From a virus (Duplodnaviria; Caudoviricetes), in the IMG/VR virus record IMGVR_UViG_3300020044_005488, positions 1 to 29,198 of that record: a stretch of 29,198 nt of DNA. One strand, given 5' to 3'. Both the position numbers and the translations under genes were made by a program. Shown here piece after piece: positions 11,301 through 18,222 of the stretch (positions within the stretch are counted from its first letter, which is position 1; each line of letters begins with the position of its first letter). Under the pieces are notes generated by a model. It saw nothing but the letters and a program-made list of their open reading frames with translations. It had not been told where the DNA came from and searched no databases.

Positions 11301-11832
11301 TCAATTGGTTGATGTCTTCAGCATATAACGTTCCTTGCGTTCGCGCTTTGCCGTATAAAACCGTTAATTCATTGAAATTTTTTCCGGTTCCCGCGCTAAT
11401 ATCACCAATCCTGGATAACACCGGAATCAGGTTTTTTGAATTTTCACCAAACGCCAACAATGCACGTCCCGCGTTTTGAACTTCTTCACCCGTGAATGGA
11501 GTCACCGAACTAAACTTTTGCAAATCGGCCAATACCGTTTTCGCTTTGTCCTGGTCTTTTAAAAATGTTGTGAATGAAATTTGCAACGATTGAAAATCGG
11601 ATGCGGCCTGGATTGCGTTTTTTCCAAAATCAATAATCGATTGACTAATTGCAATGCCACCAAACGCGGCCGCCGCCCCTTTTAATACACCACCTAATTT
11701 CGAAACATTGTTTGCGGTATTATTTACTCCGGCATTAACACCGTCAATTGATTTTTTAACGGCGTCTAATTCACGACGCAATTGCGCGGTGTCGGCTTGG
11801 ATTTTAAAAATGACATTTTTTGGTTCGGCCAT
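8341..11832 (-). CDS. Tail tape measure protein
   Basis: 1163 aa, Ala/Gln/Lys helical. N-terminal tape-measure motif LQKFSSVTPFTGEEVQNAGRALLAFG, NPIGLVV segment, and lambda-H-like C-terminal GFEKGGYTGDGGK...AGVVHKGEFV. Confidence 0.92.
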   Translation of the reverse strand: MAEPKNVIFKIQADTAQLRRELDAVKKSIDGVNAGVNNTANNVSKLGGVLKGAAAAFGGIAISQSIIDFGKNAIQAASDFQSLQISFTTFLKDQDKAKTVLADLQKFSSVTPFTGEEVQNAGRALLAFGENSKNLIPVLSRIGDISAGTGKNFNELTVLYGKARTQGTLYAEDINQLTEAGVPIIQEFAKNLGVGAENVKKLASEGKIGFKDLEKAFQTLTSNGGQFEGLTATLGQSFAGRVSTLKDNFDQVARSVGEGLLPIFEVLIGGASRAIEFLRRIPAIIEQNKVAFSLLGAAVSLYVSAQIRGFVIQQLANKESLLSILRQRALNTAVTLGFVQLRLKTAAQVQGNIVQRAYAVGTEIATIAQQGFNTALKANPIGLVVSLLATAAAFMIDYGDATEGAANATAEANKETETFIDLKQAQNNIQEQTNQNMASEISKLDQLFKQLKLTTTGSKERKTIIDQINSTYGTTLKNLSDEEKFVKQVDDAYKKLTNQIKLKAQAEATSQQLTELFKQALNLQTKIQQSASGGAALSESIFKGVGKFDVKSFKTVEEGLDAFRNKLSEKQKSVFNTLSGDLQKNVAFSNQEFQKSFSKDIINVNSTFEGQYADLAKQQNKLQKNVLNVVDIKQNQKTVEQLSQTVDAIDALSQSSANLEQQLSKSKFDVSQVGKVDDKTKNDTLNFFNDLKRQLADLENEAARMELEVNIVPKNFNETFTQLKAIQADQERIIDLETEREKEDAKKNGTLTKQNESLIEQIGTQKKLNLARRTGNQISAEGYKEELRIQKLREDIQQQQFEQSQFIQEQAITDLETKKDKIIEKFEKARSKKAIDSLKKNLAETIRLQILAEEKASQERIQQINENRQRDIANAKGDVKEIELINKKADFAILKEKDATSKKTLKLSEGLSEAEIKLEEEKREKIKQGIEDVRKATIDFINQVIDARIREADLAISAQEKRIEQAKTIAEKGNAEVLQLEQERLDKLTKERAKFVRQQQALAFIELALNSSIAIAKAAALGGPAAPFTITATLLALAAGFISARSQAQAAAGFEKGGYTGDGGKSETAGVVHKGEFVFTKDKTSKYRSFFEAIHKGRTPEMALGLGEKIIVVNNHNMDQQLSRIENAIREQSRINLSIDERGIHGLVSHYQFKENRIRNKAK

Positions 11833-11835
11833 GAC

Positions 11836-12192
11836 TTATGCTTTTTTTGCTTTGCCGAATTTACGTCTTTCTTTTGGTTTTTCGTCGTCGCCTGAATTGA
11901 TTTTTTCAAACGACTTGTTTTTTTCGTCAATGATCCGCATCCATGTTGAAATGGTTTGATAATATTCGTCAACGGTCAATGATTCCAATGCGCGAACCTC
12001 TGACGGACGCGATTCACAAATCAATTGGTTCAAATAATTTATTTCGTCTATATATCGCCCAACGACAATGTTTGCAAAATTTGATTCAACTTTGCGTTTT
12101 CCGGTTCCATTGTCTTCAAAAATTCGAGAATATCGGTTCCGGATGAATTCGAATAGTTGATTGTGTATTCGAATGCCCTTTGCAAAAAAAAA
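11836..12192 (-). CDS. Tail assembly chaperone frameshift extension (gpGT-like, -1 frame)
   Basis: Open -1 frame overlapping the upstream chaperone. It is entered at T TTT TTT (12186-12192), ends 3 nt before the tape measure ATG, and has no convincing start of its own. Confidence 0.6.
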   Translation of the reverse strand, partial: FFFAKGIRIHNQLFEFIRNRYSRIFEDNGTGKRKVESNFANIVVGRYIDEINYLNQLICESRPSEVRALESLTVDEYYQTISTWMRIIDEKNKSFEKINSGDDEKPKERRKFGKAKKA

Positions 12193-12620
12193 TCGTGACA
12201 TTCCGGATCGTCTTTGAATTTGTCTAATTTGATTTGACGATGTTTGTCGTCGTATCCGGTCGCGTCTTCGCCGTCGATAACAAAATAACATGTCGCCAAT
12301 TCCAACAATGTTGTTTCTTCGCCAATGTAATTCAACCGGAATTCGATTTCACCCATTAAATGAAACAATTCAACGATGTTCCCTTCATTCGCTTTTTTCT
12401 TCATTTCAGCGAACAACCTGGTCAATTGACCTTTCGTCAAATTCATGTCGGCAAACCTGGTCGCGATTTCGGCCGCGATTGCGCGTTTTGCCGGAATGGT
12501 CAACATGTTTTCAAATTCGTACCAATTACAACCGTCATTGTCGGTGTAAACTTTTTTTAAATTGAAACTTGAATTTGTGATTGGTTGTTGTTGTTGTTTT
12601 TTTCGTTTAAACCACTTCAT
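12048..12620 (-). CDS. Tail assembly chaperone (gpG-like); probable start MKWFKRKK at 12620
   Basis: Position upstream of the tape measure gene, slippery DFFL codons, ATGA overlap with the upstream small ORF. Confidence 0.65.
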   Translation of the reverse strand: MKWFKRKKQQQQPITNSSFNLKKVYTDNDGCNWYEFENMLTIPAKRAIAAEIATRFADMNLTKGQLTRLFAEMKKKANEGNIVELFHLMGEIEFRLNYIGEETTLLELATCYFVIDGEDATGYDDKHRQIKLDKFKDDPECHDFFLQRAFEYTINYSNSSGTDILEFLKTMEPENAKLNQILQTLSLGDI

Positions 12621-12757
12621 TTTTTCTTTGTTGTTGTTTTCGGTTGTTTGGTTGTTCCTTTGATTGATGCCGTACAAATCGCGTATGAACTCGACTTGTC
12701 TTTGCCCGTCTTCATTACGTCCATAACGCAACGGTGCATTTTGTCCATTTTAGCCAT
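12617..12757 (-). CDS. 46-aa basic protein MAKMDKMHRCVMDVMKTGKDKSSSYAICTASIKGTTKQPKTTTKKK
   Basis: Hand-translated. Fills the gap between terL and the chaperone; its TGA overlaps the next ATG. Not in the ORF track. Confidence 0.7.
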   Translation of the reverse strand: MAKMDKMHRCVMDVMKTGKDKSSSYAICTASIKGTTKQPKTTTKKK

Positions 12758-12775
12758 AACTTAAAAAATTTTATT

Positions 12776-12783
12776 CAAATATA
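12776..12783 (-). promoter_or_regulatory. Possible Bacteroidota -7 box (TATATTTG) ahead of the tail operon
   Basis: Exact TAnnTTTG in the short gap after terL; no clear -33 TTTG. Confidence 0.35.
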
Positions 12784-12791
12784 GTGAAAAT

Positions 12792-14072
12792 TCATTTTAG
12801 AAAACGAATAAAATCATGATGAAACGTCCACAAATAATATCTGAAACAATCCAATAAATGCGTCAAATGTTTGTCCTTGCTTTTATCGATGTCGCCGTTC
12901 GAATCGGTTTGAACTGAAATCAGGTCGTTGATTAAGTATTGACATGACGAATCAATCAACAAATCGGTGTGACGTTCCAACATCGAATTCAACAACACGC
13001 GTGAATTTTTTATCGACGGATTAATTGACGGAACTTTGAATTGTGATTTGCTCAACCCTAATTCGTCACGGATTATCGAATAAAAATTCATTGCGCCTTT
13101 TGTCATTGCGGAACGATTCGCCCCGGACGCGTCACCGGTGACAATGAAAAATGGATTTCCAAACGTCGTTTTGATAACTTGACACAAATTGTAAATGTCC
13201 GAATTGCGCAATCTGAATTCTTTTAATATTCGAATTTTCCCGCCGTAACTTTGACCGGCGACACATGTAATCGGATCAACGTTGAAATCGAACGATAAAA
13301 TGATTGGTTCGTTTTTATTGAATTCCAAATTCGATTTGACGGTTTTGAATTTATTGAACGCGTACGCAAACGGACGTTCAACGTTCATGACGTCCCAATT
13401 TCCATTCACGAAAATTTCGCGCGTTACTTCGTCTAAATTTTCCAATCCGTTCAAATACGATTCCGGCAACGACGGATTGTCTTTCATTAACGATTGCAAA
13501 TAAAAATGATCCGGTGTCAATGTTCCGTTGATAAATGGTTCATGAAACAATTCCTTTGTCCAATTTTGCGACGGGTTACATGTGACCAAAATCATGGGAT
13601 TTGGTTGTTTGTCCAATCCTGGAATGATATTTCGTCCCGCTCTCAATTTGCATTTTTCAAACGTTTTGCGTTGGCATTCCTGGCCTTCTTCAATCAAAAA
13701 AAAATTCGCTTCAATACCGTCAAATCGCGTCAAATTTTTGTCCATGACATAGTTTTCCGGGAAAAACGTCAACGTTGAACCGTTTCGAAATTTAACCAAT
13801 TGGTCGGTTTGATTGTAACTTTTGACAAACGATTTCGGGCATAACTTGAAAAACGACGGAATGGTTGTTCGTTTTAATGTTGGCAACGATTCACGAATGA
13901 CAAACGATTTTGAACCTGGATATATTCGGGCCAACAAAATCAATGTCGCCAATGATACGAATGATTTGCCACCACCGGCCGCACCGCCAAAAAGCAAATA
14001 TTTATATTTTTCCGAAAATACCGCCTGAATGAATTCGTGTTGTTTCGGATGCGGTTCAAATAAAATTGACAT
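12792..14072 (-). CDS. terL: Terminase large subunit (PBSX/SPP1-like)
   Basis: Walker A GGAAGGGKS, Walker B FFLIEE, motif III TCNP, nuclease motifs SFDFN, GDASG and HLLDCFRY. Confidence 0.95.
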   Translation of the reverse strand: MSILFEPHPKQHEFIQAVFSEKYKYLLFGGAAGGGKSFVSLATLILLARIYPGSKSFVIRESLPTLKRTTIPSFFKLCPKSFVKSYNQTDQLVKFRNGSTLTFFPENYVMDKNLTRFDGIEANFFLIEEGQECQRKTFEKCKLRAGRNIIPGLDKQPNPMILVTCNPSQNWTKELFHEPFINGTLTPDHFYLQSLMKDNPSLPESYLNGLENLDEVTREIFVNGNWDVMNVERPFAYAFNKFKTVKSNLEFNKNEPIILSFDFNVDPITCVAGQSYGGKIRILKEFRLRNSDIYNLCQVIKTTFGNPFFIVTGDASGANRSAMTKGAMNFYSIIRDELGLSKSQFKVPSINPSIKNSRVLLNSMLERHTDLLIDSSCQYLINDLISVQTDSNGDIDKSKDKHLTHLLDCFRYYLWTFHHDFIRFLK

Positions 14073-14087
14073 GTTGTTGTTGATTTG

Positions 14088-14159
14088 GGCCGGGTGTCGG
14101 ATTCGAACCGAACTTCCAACGCTTTGAAAAACCTTTGGTTTGACAATTGTTCACCCGGC
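14088..14159 (-). ncRNA. tRNA-like element (intact acceptor stem and T-arm, degenerate D and anticodon arms)
   Basis: GCCGGGT/ACCCGGC 7-bp acceptor stem, TCGG-TTCGAAT-CCGA T-arm, 71-72 nt long, followed by CCA. Fills the terS-terL gap. Confidence 0.6.
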
Positions 14160-14161
14160 GT

Positions 14162-14638
14162 TTATTTGAATTCAATCGTTTGGTCGCCTATTTTGAACAC
14201 TTGTTTTTCGCCACCGAAATCAATTGTCATGTCTTCATTCCATTGCGCCGGATCAATATTTTTCAGGGCAAAAATAACGGCCGTTGTTGACGGGGGAATG
14301 AATTTCATTTTCTTTTTGGTCTTTGTCATTACGACTTTGCCTTTGCCGTTTTTCATTTCCTCGGTTTCGGTTTCCTCAACATTCCAACCGGTCAAAAATC
14401 GTTGTAATCCGTTCAACGCCTTTTCGCGCATAACGGATTTATGAACTTTTGAATTTTTTTCCTTTGCAATCTTATATAAATCAGAAACATCCGAAATGGC
14501 ATCGCACCACAATAAAAATGTTCGACCTGAAATTCCGTGTTGTTCACAAACCGAATCAATAGTAACGTTGTTTGTTCCGTAATCGTCGCAAATCTTTTTT
14601 GATAGTGCGATTTTGTCTTTAATTGTTCTTTGCGCCAT
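14162..14638 (-). CDS. terS: Terminase small subunit (probable start MAQRTIK at 14638)
   Basis: N-terminal HTH (TIDSVCEQHGISGRTFLLW) and a PPSTTAVIFALKNIDPAQW motif typical of TerS; lies upstream of terL. Confidence 0.8.
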   Translation of the reverse strand: MAQRTIKDKIALSKKICDDYGTNNVTIDSVCEQHGISGRTFLLWCDAISDVSDLYKIAKEKNSKVHKSVMREKALNGLQRFLTGWNVEETETEEMKNGKGKVVMTKTKKKMKFIPPSTTAVIFALKNIDPAQWNEDMTIDFGGEKQVFKIGDQTIEFK

Positions 14639-14679
14639 GTTGAATTTTTTCGGACGATTCGCGTCCCGTTTGGTCAAAA

Positions 14680-14868
14680 TTACGAAAAATCATTGTCATC
14701 CAACAAATCGTTGATTTTTGACAACATCAACAAAACCCGTTCACGTTCGGATTCGATTTGATTGAAACGATTTTCAAATTCGAGCAAAGAAACATTTTCG
14801 TTGTTTGCCAGGTCTTCAATCAAACTGTCAACCCAATCGTTAAATTCCAACAATTCATTCATTGTCAT
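14680..14868 (-). CDS. Small acidic hypothetical protein
   Basis: 62-aa ORF in an operon-like run. Confidence 0.55.
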   Translation of the reverse strand: MTMNELLEFNDWVDSLIEDLANNENVSLLEFENRFNQIESERERVLLMLSKINDLLDDNDFS

Positions 14869-14962
14869 TCCGGTTTTTGTATTTTGTCCATTCCATCCAA
14901 ATCACTAAAATAATAAACAAAGTAAAATGAATTGAAATCACCGTCAACATCGCTTCAATCAT
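14855..14962 (-). CDS. 35-aa single-TM protein MIEAMLTVISIHFTLFIILVIWMEWTKYKNRNDNE
   Basis: Hand-translated; ATGA-coupled to the upstream ORF; hydrophobic helix plus charged tail. Confidence 0.5.
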   Translation of the reverse strand: MIEAMLTVISIHFTLFIILVIWMEWTKYKNRNDNE

Positions 14963-15117
14963 TTTTTCAGTTTTTCAATTAGTTTTTCGCGTTCATTGCG
15001 TATGGTCGTCAATTGTTGGTCCAACATGAATTTTGTTTGTTCCAAATTTTTGATTTGGTTTTCAACCCAATTGATATTTCGCTGAATTTGGTCAACGTCT
15101 TTTTTCCCGGAAATCAT
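14959..15117 (-). CDS. 52-aa coiled-coil protein MISGKKDVDQIQRNINWVENQIKNLEQ...
   Basis: Hand-translated; fills the gap; heptad pattern. Confidence 0.55.
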   Translation of the reverse strand: MISGKKDVDQIQRNINWVENQIKNLEQTKFMLDQQLTTIRNEREKLIEKLKK

Positions 15118-15127
15118 TTCGAACAAT

Positions 15128-15370
15128 TTACCCATTTTTGAATGTGATTTTGTCGTCGTCGGTCAACGCGTTAATGAATGAATTCAATTTTTGTTTTCGT
15201 TTGACAATATACGACAAATAATCAAACGCGTCTGTTATTCCGGTAAACCTGGAAACCCAAAACAATAATTTGATTGAATAGACAAATAAAAATGTCGCAA
15301 TTGATAACGCGAACATGATTGGCAAAACAATTGTCATTGCGATTCCGCCCCTAATGGTCAATTTTTTCAT
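15128..15370 (-). CDS. Small membrane protein
   Basis: 80 aa with a long N-terminal hydrophobic segment. Confidence 0.55.
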   Translation of the reverse strand: MKKLTIRGGIAMTIVLPIMFALSIATFLFVYSIKLLFWVSRFTGITDAFDYLSYIVKRKQKLNSFINALTDDDKITFKNG

Positions 15371-15539
15371 TTTCGATTTTTTGTTTTATTGATTTGTTGA
15401 TTTCGTTGAATTGCTGAATTAAATCACTAATGACCAACACGGCGTTGAAATTGCCTTCGGCGTACATTTCCGACTTTTTAACCAACATGATATTTCGGAA
15501 TTCTTTGAACCGTTTTATTTCGTCTTTGGTGATGTTCAT
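15351..15539 (-). CDS. Hypothetical protein
   Basis: 62-aa helical ORF. Confidence 0.55.
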   Translation of the reverse strand: MNITKDEIKRFKEFRNIMLVKKSEMYAEGNFNAVLVISDLIQQFNEINKSIKQKIENEKIDH

Positions 15540-15630
15540 ATTTTAAACAGATAGGACATATTTTGTCAATCCGAATGTCGTAAAAATTTCGACATGTTTC
15601 GCAACAAATCCAAATTTCATGATTGTTCAT
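15478..15630 (-). CDS. 50-aa zinc-ribbon-like protein MNNHEIWICCETCRNFYDIRIDKICPICLK...
   Basis: Hand-translated. ATG overlaps the methyltransferase TGA; two CxxC pairs; C-terminal tail overlaps the next gene by 62 nt. Confidence 0.5.
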   Translation of the reverse strand: MNNHEIWICCETCRNFYDIRIDKICPICLKYEHHQRRNKTVQRIPKYHVG

Positions 15631-16280
15631 ATTTCAAATAATTTAGTTTGTGACGTGTGATTTTTAATTCGCTGAATTGCTTTGTCGTAATATTCCGAAT
15701 CTAATTCGCACCCGGTCAATTCAAATCCGTAATCATGACAAGCAATTGCAATCGAACCGGAACCAATATGAGTGTCCAAAATTTTGTCACCCGGTTTTGA
15801 ATAATTTTCTAAAATCCATTTGTATAATTTAACAGGTTTTTGTGTTGGGTGAATTTTATTATCATAACCCGCTGAAAAATGATGCATTCTAAACATTCGT
15901 GTTGTTCCTTTTATACTTTTCCACGCCAATTCAGCATCGGACATCGGATTTGTGCCATTCATTTTGTCCCATACAATAAAACCGTCGGTTGAACATAAAT
16001 AATCTAAAAAATAATTGCCACCCCAAATGATTTGATTTTTGCTTACCCTTTTTAATTCATTAAAATAATCTTTTTTTGGAGAAATATCCCATTTTTCAAC
16101 TTTATTATCGGATAATTTCTTTAAACTTCCCATTGAACCTTTTCGCCCACCTTTTATCAATCTATTTCCAAGTCCATAAGGCGGATCGACAATTGCCAAA
16201 TCGAAATATTTGTCCGGGTAACGTGACATCAAAACCATATTGTCTTCATTTGTGATTGTGATTTTGTCGGTGATATTCAT
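15627..16280 (-). CDS. DNA N6-adenine/N4-cytosine methyltransferase, beta class (copy 2)
   Basis: DPPY catalytic motif precedes HPTQKP and the DTHIGSGS SAM-binding motif. Confidence 0.92.
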   Translation of the reverse strand: MNITDKITITNEDNMVLMSRYPDKYFDLAIVDPPYGLGNRLIKGGRKGSMGSLKKLSDNKVEKWDISPKKDYFNELKRVSKNQIIWGGNYFLDYLCSTDGFIVWDKMNGTNPMSDAELAWKSIKGTTRMFRMHHFSAGYDNKIHPTQKPVKLYKWILENYSKPGDKILDTHIGSGSIAIACHDYGFELTGCELDSEYYDKAIQRIKNHTSQTKLFEI

Positions 16281-16912
16281 AATTCAAACAATTTAATTTG
16301 TGAAACATGATTTTTTATTCGCTGAATTGATTTTTTATAAAATTCAACGTCAATTTCACATGCGGTTAATTCAAACGAATAGTCGTGACATGCAATTGCA
16401 ATTGATCCGGAACCAAAATGTGTGTCAATTATTTTATCACCTGGTTTGGCATATTTGTTTAAAATCCATTTGTAAAGTTCAACCGGCTTTTGTGTTGGGT
16501 GAATTTTGTTTCCGGTTCGATTGTCAAATTTGAACAATTGCGCGGGACTTTCAAACGATGTCCAACCAATTTCAACTTGACTAAAATTTTCCCATGGTTG
16601 ACATTTGTCCCAAACAATAACGCAACGCGTCGGTTTCAAATTAAAATAATTGCCACCCCAAATGATTTGATTTTTGCTAATTCGAAACAATTCGTCAAAA
16701 TAACTTTGATTTGGTGCAATATCCCAATTGTCAATTGAACCGTTGTTGTAAATTCTATTTTTGAAATCGCCTTTGCCGCCGCTTTGCGCACCCATTTGAC
16801 GCATTCCATACGGGGGATCGACAATTGCCAAATCAAAAAAATTATCTGGAAAACGTGACATCAAAATCATATTGTCTTCGTTCGTCACTTCTATTTTGTC
16901 GGTGATTTTCAT
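16277..16912 (-). CDS. DNA N6-adenine/N4-cytosine methyltransferase, beta class (copy 1; start MKITDK at 16912)
   Basis: DPPY, HPTQKP, DTHFGSGS; ATGA overlaps at both ends. Confidence 0.92.
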   Translation of the reverse strand: MKITDKIEVTNEDNMILMSRFPDNFFDLAIVDPPYGMRQMGAQSGGKGDFKNRIYNNGSIDNWDIAPNQSYFDELFRISKNQIIWGGNYFNLKPTRCVIVWDKCQPWENFSQVEIGWTSFESPAQLFKFDNRTGNKIHPTQKPVELYKWILNKYAKPGDKIIDTHFGSGSIAIACHDYSFELTACEIDVEFYKKSIQRIKNHVSQIKLFEL

Positions 16913-17172
16913 TTTCTGAATATTTTTTGAAACCATGATTTCCGCTTTTTAATAACGGGCAACGCGTATGTTGTCAACTTCAGGCAATCACAAATGAATG
17001 GATAATGCCGTGAACATTCCATTGACAATTGAAAATTGACCGTTTCGCCGGGTGTGAATTCTTTGTTTTTGAAAAACGGATGCAATGGAAATTCGTTTTC
17101 GAAATTCATTTCGTTGATTTCAACCACTACAAATTGACCGGAATTTGTTTGTTCGATCCAACCTTTGTTCAT
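16909..17172 (-). CDS. Hypothetical protein
   Basis: 87 aa, coupled by ATGA overlaps at both ends. Confidence 0.6.
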   Translation of the reverse strand: MNKGWIEQTNSGQFVVVEINEMNFENEFPLHPFFKNKEFTPGETVNFQLSMECSRHYPFICDCLKLTTYALPVIKKRKSWFQKIFRK

Positions 17173-17384
17173 GATTCTTTCAATTCAATCCAATCAATTA
17201 ATTTTCGTTTACTTTCGTTTTTGTAACAATTAGCGACAAAATCGTTTAATTCAGATTCCGTGAATTCCTTTTGTTCGTTGAAATACATTTGTTCATAATC
17301 AATGTAAGATTCGCCCCGTCTTTGAACAAATTTGGCTTCGTAACCTCGAAACCTGAAAATGTATGTTTTTTTTAATTCAGTCAT
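17169..17384 (-). CDS. Hypothetical protein (start MTELKKTY at 17384)
   Basis: 71 aa. The upstream extension in the ORF track overlaps the 281-aa gene and is probably spurious. Confidence 0.6.
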   Translation of the reverse strand: MTELKKTYIFRFRGYEAKFVQRRGESYIDYEQMYFNEQKEFTESELNDFVANCYKNESKRKLIDWIELKES

Positions 17385-18222
17385 TTTGATTAATTTTTTC
17401 AATTTGTTGATCCAATAATTTTTCGAAATCGTCTTTTGTTGTCCTGAAATAATTGTCAACCGAAATTCGGAAACATTCATTTTTAATTTCCAACGCGAAA
17501 ACATTTTCAAAACCTTTCGTTTCGATGTCGCTTCGTTTGGTCCTAAATTGCGCAAAATTGACCAATTGTTTGTTGTTCCATTCGGCCCGTATAATTTCAA
17601 CCGCTTTGTCTTTTATAGGTTGCTTTTGTTCCGGTGTTAAATTTAAAACGCCCAAATCGTCGGTCAAAAACCGATAAATGAATTGAATGGGTGTAATTCC
17701 GAACGTCAAATGTCCGGTTCGTTTAAAATATTGATATGGTTTGCGAATACATTCGTTTATGTAATCAATCCGAATTTGTTTGCGGTCTTTCATGGACATT
17801 TCAATTTGAACGGGTGTTTCTGTTTTTGGCAAAACCTCAATTCGTCGTTTTTTGTAATTATTTAAAACCTGGCTGAAATAAATCGCATTGAAATTTTGAT
17901 AATGTTCGACCAATTCCAATTCGCCGGAAACCATGAATTGAAACGCGACAACAATTTCGTCGGGTGTTATGGTCGGAAATTTTCGTTTGATAAAATCAAT
18001 CAAAATCATTTTTTGTTCGGTGTTCGGCAAATTTTCGCTTTTTAAACCGATTAATCCGAAAACGTATTTCAACGCGTTTGTGATTTGCGGTTCCGGATCT
18101 TTTAAATCCCGGATTTTTGATTGAGCGATTGCACGTTGAATTTGTCCGATAACGGAATCACCATTTGCGGATTGCGTCCGTCCAATCGACTTTTGTTGGT
18201 TTGTTGTTGTTGGTTTTGTCAT
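17377..18222 (-). CDS. Replication-associated protein (possible helicase loader/partner of the initiator)
   Basis: 281 aa immediately after the initiator, in the lambda P position. No Walker motif seen; function inferred from position only. Confidence 0.5.
   Translation of the reverse strand: MTKPTTTNQQKSIGRTQSANGDSVIGQIQRAIAQSKIRDLKDPEPQITNALKYVFGLIGLKSENLPNTEQKMILIDFIKRKFPTITPDEIVVAFQFMVSGELELVEHYQNFNAIYFSQVLNNYKKRRIEVLPKTETPVQIEMSMKDRKQIRIDYINECIRKPYQYFKRTGHLTFGITPIQFIYRFLTDDLGVLNLTPEQKQPIKDKAVEIIRAEWNNKQLVNFAQFRTKRSDIETKGFENVFALEIKNECFRISVDNYFRTTKDDFEKLLDQQIEKINQND

Noticed and set aside
12792-14072. Walker B reading IEE instead of DE in TerL; possible intein or intron
   Set aside because: EE variants occur in SPP1-like terminases. 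The length (426 aa) and motif spacing are normal, with no insertion.
14086-14110. tRNA 3' half as an attP integration core
   Set aside because: No integrase occurs in the window, integration here would split terS from terL, and the matching 5' acceptor strand is retained, which an att core would not need. It cannot be fully excluded without the rest of the genome.
14118-14135. Reading the tRNA-like element as an opal suppressor (TCA anticodon) or a functional tRNA-Glu(TTC)
   Set aside because: The TCA register gives an anticodon stem with two mismatches and two wobble pairs. The TTC register has two mismatches. The D-arm is non-canonical. A decoding function is not supported.
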